A stretch of DNA of 62,686 nt from Candidatus Falkowbacteria bacterium. GTDB lineage: Bacteria; Patescibacteriota; Patescibacteriia; UBA11705; JABHMO01. Under the pieces are notes generated by a model that worked only from the letters and a program-made list of their open reading frames with translations, was not told the DNA's origin and did not search any database. How positions within the stretch are numbered: position 1 is the first letter of the stretch; every line of letters begins with the position of its first letter. The stretch is taken from contig JACRNX010000030.1 in NCBI GenBank assembly GCA_016214755.1, positions 1-62,686 of the forward strand. Reading direction: 5' to 3'. Shown here one piece after another: positions 39,929 through 49,764 of the stretch. The position numbers were made by a program, and so were the translations under genes.

Positions 39929-40032
39929 GCATTGTTTAACATCCCCTCCTTGCCAAGGAGGGGAAAGAGGGGAGGTAGACAGGACACCCCCTCTGTGTCT
40001 CCCCCTTGGTAAGGGGGAGAGAAACGAAATAT

Positions 40033-40692
40033 ATGCCAAATGAACAAAACAAACCAGAAAACAAAGAGGTTGTTGATATCTTCGCTGGATTGGACCCGGC
40101 GCCAGAGCGGATCAGAAAAGAAATTCCTGAAATGAGACCGCCTGCGGCTTCAATGAGTGATTTTTACGTTCCGCCGGCGCCACCGTATCCTCCGCCACCT
40201 CCGGCGCGCGGCAAATTTTTTATTGTCGCTATTGTCTTAGCAATATTTCTCGCGATAATTGTCATTGGCTTGATTGTTTTGAAATTCGTTTTTGGAATTA
40301 ATTTAGAAAAAATTAAATTTGGAGGAAAATCAGCGCCAGTAGTGGAAAAGGTTGAGGAAGCGATTCCCGTGCCAATAGTTGAAGCGCCGGTGATTGAACC
40401 CGCGATTGAACCGAAGAGCGCGCCAATCATAGAAATGATAAAAGAAGACAGCGACAATGACGGCTTGACAGACGCCGAGGAAACAAACCTTGGAACCAAT
40501 TTATTAAAAATTGATAGCGATAACGACAAGTTGCCTGATTACGATGAGGTGAAAATATATGGCACTGACCCGTTAAGGGCAGACAGCGACGGCGATGGTT
40601 ATCTTGATGGTGAAGAGGTGATCAATGGATATAATCCAAAGGGGCCGGGCAAGTTGTTGAATTTTGAGAAAGCGCTGGAGAAAGTAAAATAG
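40033..40692 (+). CDS. Membrane protein with DxDxDG Ca-binding (bacterial TSP3-like) repeats
   Basis: Single TM; DSDNDGLTD.EE..GT...DSD.DG..DG.EV..GYNP. Confidence 0.85.
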   Translation: MPNEQNKPENKEVVDIFAGLDPAPERIRKEIPEMRPPAASMSDFYVPPAPPYPPPPPARGKFFIVAIVLAIFLAIIVIGLIVLKFVFGINLEKIKFGGKSAPVVEKVEEAIPVPIVEAPVIEPAIEPKSAPIIEMIKEDSDNDGLTDAEETNLGTNLLKIDSDNDKLPDYDEVKIYGTDPLRADSDGDGYLDGEEVINGYNPKGPGKLLNFEKALEKVK

Positions 40693-40706
40693 ACGGTTTC
40701 TCCGAA

Positions 40707-40818
40707 GGGCTACTTTTTGACGACAAAAAGTAGCCAAAAATCGCTGGGGTTCCGCATTCGCGTGGGGACAATTATCGTTCGTGGAAAATGCGTTGGCGAA
40801 GCTCCACCCCAGACCCCG
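40707..40818. repeat. Palindromic element (GGCTACTTTTTG/CAAAAAGTAGCC plus TGGGG..CCCCA stem)
   Basis: Perfect 12-bp inverted repeat directly after the stop codon. Confidence 0.6.
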
Positions 40819-40908
40819 TGAGATGAGTAAGTAATAGTTAAAAACACGGGTTAAAGACGGTAAAAAATTTTAAATAACATTGATTTTTATATTTTTAAAG
40901 TAAAACGT

Positions 40909-42069
40909 ATGTTCGATGACATTGATAAAAAACAAACTGCGACGGCGCCGAACGCGCCGGCGGTTTCAAATCAACCAGCCGCGGCCATAGTAAAACCGAC
41001 GGCGCCAAGCGCGGATAGTGCCGAGGCGGCCAACGTCGAAGAAGTCCATACCATGCCAATGGAATATTATCTTGGTTCGCAGACGGCCGAAATGACGAAA
41101 GGCGAAAAAGTGACGAAAAGCGCGGGGCCGGCTGGCGCCTCGGCGCCGAGCAAAAAGAGGATTTTAAACATTGTTATTGTCGCGGTTTTGGCTTTAATCG
41201 TGGCCGGCTCGGCGTTTTTATTGTTCAAAAGTTATGAACAACCGGCGCCCGCGCCGGCTCCAGTAGTGACGTTCGCGCCCACAGTCACGTCAACCGCGCC
41301 GGTAGCAGAACCTGAACCAACGGTTGCTCCTCCTGCGCTAGTGGTAAAAGTTGAAACACCGGCGCCAGTCGCGAAATTCAATCCCGCGGAAATTAAAAAA
41401 TTCACTTTATCTTTAATGAGTGGATTAGACACGGATAAAGACGGATTGACGGACGCGGAAGAAGCGGTGTTCGGCACGAACATAAATCTAAACGACAGCG
41501 ATGGCGATGTTTTTAAAGATAAAGAAGAAATTATAAATTTTTACAGTCCAGTGGATAAAGGAAAAGTCCGTTTATGGGAAAAATTATTCGTCCAATATTA
41601 CGTCAATAAAAATTACGGATATAAAATATTATATCCAATCGCTTGGGTAGTTCAGCCTGTTGATCCTGACGATCCGAAGGACTTGATGATAAGCTCCAAT
41701 CAAAATGAGTTTGTTAATATTGTTGTTTTGGATAAAGACACGAAACAAACATTGGAGGATTGGTATTTGCAAATGGCGCCAGAAGTTAAAAAGGAGGACC
41801 TGAAAAAATACCAAACATTCAGCAAATTGCCGATATTGGAAAGTCCGGACGCTTTCACCGCTTATATTGAGTCCGCGAAAAAAGATAAAGTGTTTGCCGT
41901 TAATTATAATATCGGCTTGAAAGAAGAGGCGAGTTTTCCCGCGGTTTTCCAAACAGTGATAAACAGTTTCGAGTTCGCGCCAATTGAATACACGCCGACG
42001 CCGATTCCATTGACACCGAAGCCAGCGGCGCCGGGTGAAGATACGGGCGAATTGCCGGGTGGGGAATAA
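40909..42069 (+). CDS. Membrane protein with TSP3-like repeats and PsbP-like C-terminal domain
   Basis: TM, Pro/Ala linker, DTDKDGLTD, Y.N..YGY.I.YP..W. Confidence 0.8.
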   Translation: MFDDIDKKQTATAPNAPAVSNQPAAAIVKPTAPSADSAEAANVEEVHTMPMEYYLGSQTAEMTKGEKVTKSAGPAGASAPSKKRILNIVIVAVLALIVAGSAFLLFKSYEQPAPAPAPVVTFAPTVTSTAPVAEPEPTVAPPALVVKVETPAPVAKFNPAEIKKFTLSLMSGLDTDKDGLTDAEEAVFGTNINLNDSDGDVFKDKEEIINFYSPVDKGKVRLWEKLFVQYYVNKNYGYKILYPIAWVVQPVDPDDPKDLMISSNQNEFVNIVVLDKDTKQTLEDWYLQMAPEVKKEDLKKYQTFSKLPILESPDAFTAYIESAKKDKVFAVNYNIGLKEEASFPAVFQTVINSFEFAPIEYTPTPIPLTPKPAAPGEDTGELPGGE

Positions 42070-42097
42070 AATTAGGGGGTAGGTGGTAAGGGGGTAG

Positions 42098-42209
42098 TGA
42101 GTAGTTTTATAGAGACGACAAAAATTGGAATTGAGAAGTGAGCTGTCTTGGAAGGGTTCCTTTTTACGTCAAAAAATCTCTACAACCTACTCACTACAAC
42201 CTACAACCT
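42098..42209. repeat. 112-bp cassette with TAGTGAG/CTACAAC arms, copy 1
   Basis: Direct copy at 50570-50681 with 2 mismatches. Confidence 0.9.
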
Positions 42210-42278
42210 GTTTCGTTTTTTCGTTTTTCGGTATGTTAATCCGTATATCCGTAAAATAATCCGTAATCCGTATCTAAG

Positions 42279-42701
42279 ATGATAATTGAAATTAATAATC
42301 AAACCGATTATTCTATCCCGAAAGAAAAGATTGACGCTTTGCTCCGTCTGGCCGGCCGGGTTTTGAAAATCAGAAAAAAACAGCGGATATCGGTTGCTTT
42401 TGTCCCGTCCGCGCGGATCAGGGAAATGAACCGGATATATCGCAAAAAAAATAAAATAACTGATGTCTTGTCATTCGCGCTTTCTCCGTCTGAATCGGAA
42501 ATAATTATTTGTCCGTCAGCGGCGAAAGCGCAAGCGAAAAAACAGCCCGGCGGATTCCAACAAGAAATTTTAGCTTTAGTTCTGCATGGATTTTTGCATA
42601 TTAATGGATTCGAGCATGAAAAATCAAAGATCGCCGCGAGGAAGATGGAGAAAATTGAAGAAGATATTATTACAAAATCCGAAATCCTAAATCCTAAATA
42701 A
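42279..42701 (+). CDS. ybeY: rRNA maturation endoribonuclease YbeY
   Basis: N..YR.K...TDVLSF and HGFLHINGFEH. Confidence 0.95.
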   Translation: MIIEINNQTDYSIPKEKIDALLRLAGRVLKIRKKQRISVAFVPSARIREMNRIYRKKNKITDVLSFALSPSESEIIICPSAAKAQAKKQPGGFQQEILALVLHGFLHINGFEHEKSKIAARKMEKIEEDIITKSEILNPK

Positions 42702-42860
42702 ATTCCATCCTTCGAGGCTCGTCCCGCCTTCAGCGAGACTCGCACCTCAGGATGACAAACTACAATTCCCTAAGCCACTCTATAAATTGTTTGGAGTTTG
42801 AACATTGGAAAATTGGAGTTTGTTTAGAATTTCGATATTCGAATTTTGAATTTAAACTTT

Positions 42861-43214
42861 ATGGTAAATTTAAAACGACTGCTTCAAAGTTTCAAATGCG
42901 CTTTCCGCGGATTGGGCTCGGTGGTCAAAAAAGAGCAAAATTTTCGCGTTCACATAATCGCCGCGCTTCTCGCGATTTTTTTTGGCATTTATTTTGAGAT
43001 TAAATTATGGCAATGGTCGCTCATTATTTTGATGGTGGCCGCTGTTTTTATTTTAGAATTGGTGAACACCGCTTTTGAACGGCTCGCTGACATGCTGGAA
43101 CCGAAAATCCACGATTATGTCCGCGAGATAAAAGATATTATGTCGGCGATTGTGCTGATCGCGTCGCTGACGAGTTTGATTATCGCGCTGTTGGTTTTTC
43201 TGCCGTATTTTTAG
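42861..43214 (+). CDS. dgkA: Diacylglycerol/undecaprenol kinase
   Basis: SF..AFRGL, E.NFR.H, ELVNTAFE..D, KD..SA; follows ybeY. Confidence 0.93.
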   Translation: MVNLKRLLQSFKCAFRGLGSVVKKEQNFRVHIIAALLAIFFGIYFEIKLWQWSLIILMVAAVFILELVNTAFERLADMLEPKIHDYVREIKDIMSAIVLIASLTSLIIALLVFLPYF

Positions 43215-43487
43215 AATGTCATGCTTCGAGAGCCTCAGTATGACAAAGGTCGTTCGCTATGTCATCCTGAGGTTCTCGAAGGATCGAAGGGCTGAACTAA
43301 AAATGTGTGCAAAAAATTGAAAAATCCTGTAAATTTGGGATTTTTTAAGCACCATTTGGCGTTTTGTTAAAAAGGTATTATAATAGAATAGTAAATCGTA
43401 ATCTGTAATTGGTAATCCATAATTTATGAGACAGATTTAAAATTACGAATTACGAATTACGAATCCCTGTTTTCTCTTAATTATCTT

Positions 43488-44738
43488 ATGTCCGAACATA
43501 TAATTACCGGTCTCGATGTCGGGTCGTCAATGACGCGCATTGTCATCGGCCAAATAACTAAGAGCGGCGAGGCGGAGCAACTTAATATTATCGGCGTGGT
43601 GGAAGTGCCTTCACAGGGTTTAAATAAAGGGCTGGTTGTCAGCATTGAAGACGCGGTATCCGCTATTTCCGGTTGTATCGAAAAGGCGGAGCGGATGATC
43701 GGGCTGCCGATTGAGCACGCTTGGATTGGCATTGGCGGCACGCACATCGCTTCGCAGGAAAGCAATGGTGTCATCGCTATTTCGCGCGCCAATGGCGAGA
43801 TCCAAGAGAATGATGTCGCTCGGGTGATTGAGGCAGCGCGGGCAGTGGCGGCGCCAGTTAATTATGAAATTTTGCACGTCATTCCAAAGACATTTTCCAT
43901 TGATAATCAGACTGGAGTGAAAGATCCAATCGGCATGTCGGGCATCCGGCTCGAAGTGACGACGCAGGTAATCCGCGGTTTGAGCTCGCACATAAAAAAT
44001 CTCACCAAGTGCGTTTATCGCACTGGACTGGATATTAATTATGTCATTTTTTCCGCGTTGGCGGCGGCCGAGGCAGTGCTCACCAATCGCCAGAAGGAGT
44101 TGGGCGTGGCTTTGGTGGATATCGGCGCGCGAACGACCAAAGTTGTTGTTTTTGAAGAAGGCGACGTGATTCACGTCGCTGTTTTAGCGATTGGCGCTGA
44201 CCATGTCACCGCTGATTTGGCGATGGTTTTGCAGACATCGCTCGATGTCGCCGAACGGTTGAAACTGGAAATCGGCAGCGCTTTGCCGGCGCAATTTGAA
44301 AAAACCGAAGAAATTAATTTGCGCGATTTCGGCGGCGACAATCAGGTGTTCTCGAAAAAATACATCGCGGAAATCATTGAAGCGCGCGTTGAAGAAATCT
44401 TTGATAAGATTGACAAAGAACTGCAAAAAATAAGTCGGAGCGGTCTCCTGCCGGCCGGCCTCGTATTAATCGGCGGCGGCGCGAAATTGCCTGGCATGGT
44501 GGAAGTGGGAAAGAAAAAAACAATGCTGCCGACCGCGGTCGGCGCGAGCAAACGTTTCAATACCGCGGTTGATAAAGTGAATGACATCGCTTTCGCCACT
44601 GGTTTGGGACTTGTTATGTGGGGCTACGGCGCGCTCAATGAAAAGGGCGGGACGAAATTCCATTTATCAGGGATTTCCGGTTCAGTCAAAGAAACAACAG
44701 GCAAAGTAATCGGTTGGTTCAAAAATTTGATTTCTTAA
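43488..44738 (+). CDS. ftsA: Cell division protein FtsA
   Basis: GLDVGSS, DPIGMSG.RLE, DIGA.TT, AERLK, LIGGGAKL. Confidence 0.97.
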   Translation: MSEHIITGLDVGSSMTRIVIGQITKSGEAEQLNIIGVVEVPSQGLNKGLVVSIEDAVSAISGCIEKAERMIGLPIEHAWIGIGGTHIASQESNGVIAISRANGEIQENDVARVIEAARAVAAPVNYEILHVIPKTFSIDNQTGVKDPIGMSGIRLEVTTQVIRGLSSHIKNLTKCVYRTGLDINYVIFSALAAAEAVLTNRQKELGVALVDIGARTTKVVVFEEGDVIHVAVLAIGADHVTADLAMVLQTSLDVAERLKLEIGSALPAQFEKTEEINLRDFGGDNQVFSKKYIAEIIEARVEEIFDKIDKELQKISRSGLLPAGLVLIGGGAKLPGMVEVGKKKTMLPTAVGASKRFNTAVDKVNDIAFATGLGLVMWGYGALNEKGGTKFHLSGISGSVKETTGKVIGWFKNLIS

Positions 44739-44811
44739 TTTTAATGTGGTAAGACGAGGGAGAGAGCTAACCCCCTCTGTATCTCCCCCTTGGTAAGGGG
44801 GAGAGGAACAT

Positions 44812-46020
44812 ATGCCAGAAGTAAAACCAGAAATACAAACAATCGCGAAAATAAAAGTCATCGGCGTCGGCGGCTGCGGCGGCGCGGCGGTTAATCGCAT
44901 GGTAGCGGCAAAAGTTAAAGGCGTGGAATTTATCGCCATTAACACGGATTTGCAGGCCTTGCAACACAATACGGCGCCTTTGAAATTGCACATCGGCCGG
45001 AGCACGACGCGCGGTCTTGGCGCGGGCATGAATCCAGCGCTTGGCCGGAAAGCGGCGGAAGAATCGCAAAATGAAATCCGCGAAGCGTTGAAAGGCGCGG
45101 ACATGATATTTTTAACGTATGGCGGCGGCGGTGGCACGGGCGGCGGCGCGGGTCCGAAAGTGGCGGAAATCGCCCAAGAACTTGGCGCGCTCACTATTGC
45201 CATTGTCACCAAACCGTTTTCATTCGAAGGCGGCCCGCGAAAACGTTTTGCCGAAGAAAGCATCAATGAACTTAGCGCCCGCGTTGACACGTTGATAACA
45301 ATTCCGAACGACAGAATCTGGCAGATTATTGACAAAAAAACGCCATTGCTCGAAGCGTTTGGTCTTGTTGATGAAGTTCTGCGTCAGGGCGTGCAGGGGA
45401 TTTCCGAATTGATTACTTTGCCCGGACTTATTAACGTTGATTTCGCTGATGTTAAAACCATCATGGAAAAGAGCGGTTCAGCTTTGCTTGGCATGGGCGA
45501 GGCCGGCAGCGATAACCGAGCGGTGGAAGCGGCGAAAGCGGCGATTGCCAGTCCGTTGCTGGAATTATCCATCGAAGGCGCGAAAGGAATTTTGTTTACT
45601 ATTACCGGCGGGCCGAACATGACTATGTATGAAGTAAGCGAAGCGGCGAAAACAATCACCGAGTCGGTGGATAATGACGCGAAAATTATTTGGGGCGCGG
45701 TGATTGACGATTCGCTTAAAGACACGATGAAAATAACGGTTGTCGCCACTGGATTTGAAGACGCGGTCCGCGGCCATTTGCGCGGGGTCTCGTCAGCTGT
45801 CCGCGGCGCTAGCGGCATTTTCGCGCCGCCGAAACAAGCGCCAAAGCCCGATCTGCCGTCGAAATCGCCGTTTGAATATAAAAATATAAAAATTGAAGAA
45901 AATAAAAATGATGAAACCGTAAAGCCGTCGTCCACAGTGCTTACTGATATTAATGAACCGACTAGCGCTGACGACGAAGATATTGAAATCCCGCCGTTTA
46001 TTAGGAAAAAAATGATGTAG
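44812..46020 (+). CDS. ftsZ: Cell division protein FtsZ
   Basis: GGGGTGGG tubulin signature, INVDFADV, C-terminal EIPPFIR. Confidence 0.98.
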   Translation: MPEVKPEIQTIAKIKVIGVGGCGGAAVNRMVAAKVKGVEFIAINTDLQALQHNTAPLKLHIGRSTTRGLGAGMNPALGRKAAEESQNEIREALKGADMIFLTYGGGGGTGGGAGPKVAEIAQELGALTIAIVTKPFSFEGGPRKRFAEESINELSARVDTLITIPNDRIWQIIDKKTPLLEAFGLVDEVLRQGVQGISELITLPGLINVDFADVKTIMEKSGSALLGMGEAGSDNRAVEAAKAAIASPLLELSIEGAKGILFTITGGPNMTMYEVSEAAKTITESVDNDAKIIWGAVIDDSLKDTMKITVVATGFEDAVRGHLRGVSSAVRGASGIFAPPKQAPKPDLPSKSPFEYKNIKIEENKNDETVKPSSTVLTDINEPTSADDEDIEIPPFIRKKMM

Positions 46021-46024
46021 TTTT

Positions 46025-46200
46025 ACAAATTCGAAATCCGAAATCCTAATTTCTAAACAAATCCGAAATCAGAAATTCGAAATCTTAAACAAATTTGAAA
46101 ATTACAATTTTCCAAATTACTTTTTTATGTTTAGAATTTAAAACATTGGAAAATTAGAGCTTGTTTAGAATTTAGAAATTCGGACTTATAATTTTCAAAT
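46025..46200. repeat. AAATCCG/AAATTCG inverted heptamer hairpin
   Basis: The related copy at 42672-42853 carries an extra REP inserted in the left arm. Confidence 0.75.
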
Positions 46201-46237
46201 AGGAGGCGGGTTATCCGTCTCTTTTGTTAAATAGCGT

Positions 46238-46924
46238 ATGGACTACAAAGGATTGTTATTTCTTGACATTGACGGTACGTTTTTCCGCTGGTCGCTGTTT
46301 TTATATATGGTTGACGCGCTGATTGACGAGGGCGTGTTCAACAAAGTTATCCGCCGGCACTTTGCCGCGGAAGAAAGAAAATGGCGGGAGCGGCAGGGGA
46401 GTTATGATGAATATTTGAGCCGGGTGATTGAGATATTCGAGGCGCGGATTGAAGGCGTCCAAACAGCGGATTTTGAAGCGATTGCGCGAGAGATGGTTGA
46501 AAAATACAAAAATCAAGTTTATCGTTTCACTCGCGATTTAGTTAAAGAAAAAATTAGGGAGGGCTGGTACATCGCCGCCATAAGTTGTTCTCCCGAGGAG
46601 GCCGTCAAACCATTCGCCATCGCTTGGGGAATCCACGAGGCGCGGGCGGCGGAAATCGAAAAAGTCAACGGCCGATACACCGGCATGCGCCACGTGCCGC
46701 GCGACAAAGCTAAAATCGCGCGCGAAATAATGAGCCGGCCGGAATTTCAGGAAATACCAGCGGAAAATATCTGGGGCGTGGGCGACAGCGAAAGCGACAT
46801 CAATTTTTTGGAAATCGTCGGCCATCCGATTTGTTTTAATCCCACTTTGCAGTTATACGAGGAAGCCAAGCGACGGCGATGGCAAGTGGTGGTGGAGAGG
46901 AAGAACGTCATTTATAGAATCTAG
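46238..46924 (+). CDS. HAD-IB family hydrolase (SerB-like)
   Basis: DIDGT, IS.S, K, GDSESD..L..VG.P..FNP. Confidence 0.9.
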   Translation: MDYKGLLFLDIDGTFFRWSLFLYMVDALIDEGVFNKVIRRHFAAEERKWRERQGSYDEYLSRVIEIFEARIEGVQTADFEAIAREMVEKYKNQVYRFTRDLVKEKIREGWYIAAISCSPEEAVKPFAIAWGIHEARAAEIEKVNGRYTGMRHVPRDKAKIAREIMSRPEFQEIPAENIWGVGDSESDINFLEIVGHPICFNPTLQLYEEAKRRRWQVVVERKNVIYRI

Positions 46925-46957
46925 AAAATAGAAAATAGAATTTAGAAAATAAAATTG

Positions 46958-47067
46958 TTATCCACAGGCTAGACAAGAAAAAATATCGGCGCGAAAAATT
47001 CAATCAATTTAGACGAAAACTTGACGCCGCTTTAAATTTTGAAGCGGTTTTGTTATTGATGTATAAT
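46958..47067 (+). promoter_or_regulatory. DnaA box and nrdD promoter
   Basis: TTATCCACA at 46958-46966; TTGAAG-N17-TATAAT at 47039-47067. Confidence 0.55.
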
Positions 47068-47260
47068 GTTAATTGAAGACAACAGTGGAGAACGTTTAAA
47101 AGAGACAAAAAGGCGAACGCTGTTGTTTTTTTATTCGGTTGTAAAACGACCTTTCGTCTCTTCGCAGAACGTGGAGCCACTTAGAATGACGAAAAGAACG
47201 CTATGGCCATATGAAATTTAATTGGAATTTGTAATTTGGTACTTGGAACTTTATTAAATT

Positions 47261-49327
47261 ATGGTTTACGCGGCAAATAAAATCATCCAAATTCACAAGC
47301 GCGACGGCAGTATCGTTGAATTTGACCAAGCGAAAATTTCCAGCGCCATTTTCAAAGCCATGCGCGCCTGCGGCGAGCCGGACGCGGAGAAAGCCGAGCA
47401 GTTGTCGGACGTTATTGTCGAAAAACTGAACAAAAAATTCCATCAGCGGTCCATTCCGGCAGTAGAGGAAATCCAGGACATTGTCGAGGAGGTTTTGATT
47501 GAAAGCCGGCTGATTAAAGTCGCCAAATCGTATATCATCTATCGCGACCAGCACGCTAAGATGCGCGACATTCAATCCATGATCAATTCCGACGAATTGA
47601 TGGATAACTATCTGAAGCAATTGGACTGGAAGGTTAAAGAAAACAGCAACATGGATTATTCATTGCAGGGGCTGAATAACTACGTGGCGTCGAATTTGAG
47701 CACGAATTATTGGTTGAACAAGATTTATTCGCCGGATATCAAACAGGCGCATCTTTCCGGCGATTTTCATCTGCATGATTTACAGCTCTTGGCGCCGTAT
47801 TGCTGCGGCTGGGATTTCAAGGATTTGTTGTTGCGCGGATTTGGGGGAGTGCGCGGCAAAGTCGAGAGCAAGCCGCCGAAACATTTGATGACCGCTTTAA
47901 GTCAGTTAGTTAATTTTTTCTATACTTTGCAGGGCGAAGCGGCCGGCGCGCAGGCCGTGTCGAATTTGGATACTTATCTCGCGCCGTTCATTCGCGCCGA
48001 CGAGCTGGATTTCAAAGGGGTAAAACAGCAGGTTCAGATGTTTCTGTTCAACATGAACGTGCCGACGCGGGTGGGGTTTCAATCGCCTTTTACCAATGTT
48101 ACTTTGGACTTGTTTCCGCCGGCCGACGTGGCGGAGGAGGCGGCGATCGTGGGCGGCGAGCCGCAGGCGGAAAAGTACGGCGATTTTCAGAAAGAAATGG
48201 ACATGTTCAACCAAGCGTTCATTGAAATAATGATGGAAGGCGACCGCAAAGGCCGAGTGCTGAGTTGGCCGATTCCGACGTACAATATCGCGAAAAATTG
48301 GGATTGGGATTCAGCGATAATCAGTCGGATTATGGAAATGACCGCCAAATACGGCATTCCGTATTTTTCCAATTTCGTGAACAGCGACATGCGGCCGGAA
48401 GACGCGCGCAGCATGTGCTGCCGCCTGCGGCTCGACAACCGCGAATTGCGCAAGCGCGGCGGCGGTTTGTTCGGCGCCAATCCATTGACTGGCTCAATTG
48501 GTGTAGTGACCATTAATATGGCCCGGCTGGGGTATTTGGCGAAAACAAAAGAAGAATTTTTTGAACGATTGGCCGGACTGATGGATTTAGCCAAAACCAG
48601 TTTGAAGATTAAGCGCAACGCCCTGGAGAAATTCACTGACGGCGGATTGTATCCGTATTCACGGCACTATTTAAGCGGAATAAAAGAACGTTTCGACGAA
48701 TATTGGAAAAATCATTTTAACACCATTGGTTTGAACGGCGTTAATGAGGCCTGCTTGAATCTGCTTGGCGTTGAACACAGCATCGCTTCAGTTGAAGGCC
48801 GTAAATTCGCCGGTCAGGTTTTGGATTTTATGCGCGAGCGCATGATGGATTATCAAAATGAAACGAACGAGCTGTTTAATCTGGAAGCAACGCCGGCCGA
48901 AGGGACGTCTTACCGTTTCGCCCGGCTTGATAAGGAAAAATTTTCCGATATAATCGTCGCCAACGAGCAGGCCTGGCAAGAAAAAAAAGCGGCGCCGTAT
49001 TACACCAATTCAACGCATTTGCCGGTCGGTTACACGGATGATATTTTCGAGGCATTGCGCTTACAAGATGATTTACAGACGAAGTACACTGGCGGCACCG
49101 TCTTGCATGGTTTTATCGGGGAAAAACTGCCGTCAGCGGACAGCACGAAATTGCTGGTGAAAAAAATCGCGGAAAATTTTCATTTGCCGTATTTCACCAT
49201 CACGCCGACTTTCAGCGTCTGCCCGATTCACGGCTATCTCGAAGGCGAGCACGAGTATTGCCCTTTCTGCGATGAAGAAATGGGCTACGCGGAAGAAGCG
49301 GCGAAATTGGAAAAATTAGGTAATTAA
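47261..49327 (+). CDS. nrdD: Anaerobic (class III) ribonucleotide reductase, ATP cone + catalytic barrel, lacking the glycyl-radical tail
   Basis: KRDG ATP cone, HLHDL..PYCCG, SMCCRL, EATPAEG, ends in CxxH..CxxC. Confidence 0.95.
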   Translation: MVYAANKIIQIHKRDGSIVEFDQAKISSAIFKAMRACGEPDAEKAEQLSDVIVEKLNKKFHQRSIPAVEEIQDIVEEVLIESRLIKVAKSYIIYRDQHAKMRDIQSMINSDELMDNYLKQLDWKVKENSNMDYSLQGLNNYVASNLSTNYWLNKIYSPDIKQAHLSGDFHLHDLQLLAPYCCGWDFKDLLLRGFGGVRGKVESKPPKHLMTALSQLVNFFYTLQGEAAGAQAVSNLDTYLAPFIRADELDFKGVKQQVQMFLFNMNVPTRVGFQSPFTNVTLDLFPPADVAEEAAIVGGEPQAEKYGDFQKEMDMFNQAFIEIMMEGDRKGRVLSWPIPTYNIAKNWDWDSAIISRIMEMTAKYGIPYFSNFVNSDMRPEDARSMCCRLRLDNRELRKRGGGLFGANPLTGSIGVVTINMARLGYLAKTKEEFFERLAGLMDLAKTSLKIKRNALEKFTDGGLYPYSRHYLSGIKERFDEYWKNHFNTIGLNGVNEACLNLLGVEHSIASVEGRKFAGQVLDFMRERMMDYQNETNELFNLEATPAEGTSYRFARLDKEKFSDIIVANEQAWQEKKAAPYYTNSTHLPVGYTDDIFEALRLQDDLQTKYTGGTVLHGFIGEKLPSADSTKLLVKKIAENFHLPYFTITPTFSVCPIHGYLEGEHEYCPFCDEEMGYAEEAAKLEKLGN

Positions 49328-49391
49328 GAAATTAAGAAAACAAGAAATTAAGAAATTAAGTAATTGGTAATTTGGAAATTAAAAATTAAAA

Positions 49392-49481
49392 ATGAAAAAC
49401 GAAAAGGATAAAGGAAAAACCGATATTTTAGGCGCGAGTGTTTTAACTGTTAATGACAAAAAGAGCGTTTTAAGTTTTTAA
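49392..49481 (+). pseudogene. Internally deleted remnant of the four-helix-bundle gene inside heptamer arms
   Basis: Reads MKNEKDKGKT-DILGASVLTVNDKK, matching the N-terminus (MENEKEKFKT) and C-terminus (NILGASILTVKGKR) of 25868-26245. Confidence 0.8.
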
Positions 49482-49534
49482 TTTCCCTTTTTACTTTTTC
49501 ATTTTCAACTTTTAATTTAAAGGAACAACATCTT

Positions 49535-49681
49535 ATGACCTTGCAAAAAATCGAGCGGCAAAAATGTGAAATCTATTCGCGCGTGGTCGGCTACTTAAGC
49601 CCGATCCATCGTTGGAATGACGGCAAAAAAGCGGAATTTGGCGATCGAAAAACGTATGATAAGATGCTTAGTAAGAATTAA
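49535..49681 (+). CDS. Stand-alone NrdD glycyl-radical domain (48 aa)
   Basis: MTLQKIERQKCEIYSRVVGYLSPIHRWNDGKKAEFGDRKTY..; RVxGY motif; too short for the ORF track. Confidence 0.9.
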   Translation: MTLQKIERQKCEIYSRVVGYLSPIHRWNDGKKAEFGDRKTYDKMLSKN

Positions 49682-49685
49682 GAGG

Positions 49686-49764
49686 AGGTTATTAGTGAGT
49701 AGTGAGTAGTTGGTAGTGGGTAGTGTTTTGATATAATTACCACCTACAACCTACCACCTACAAT
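49686..49764. repeat. Empty TAGTG(A/G)G / CTAC(C/A)AC hairpin
   Basis: The same loop GTGTTTTGATATAA recurs at 53797-53867; both abut the next ATG. Confidence 0.85.

Noticed and set aside
42105..42179. Core of the 112-bp cassette as another four-helix gene remnant
   Set aside because: Only vague similarity (MSSF.., EVS..KSL); too weak to support
47261..49327. Intein or intron in nrdD
   Set aside because: Normal length, no intein terminal motifs or homing endonuclease
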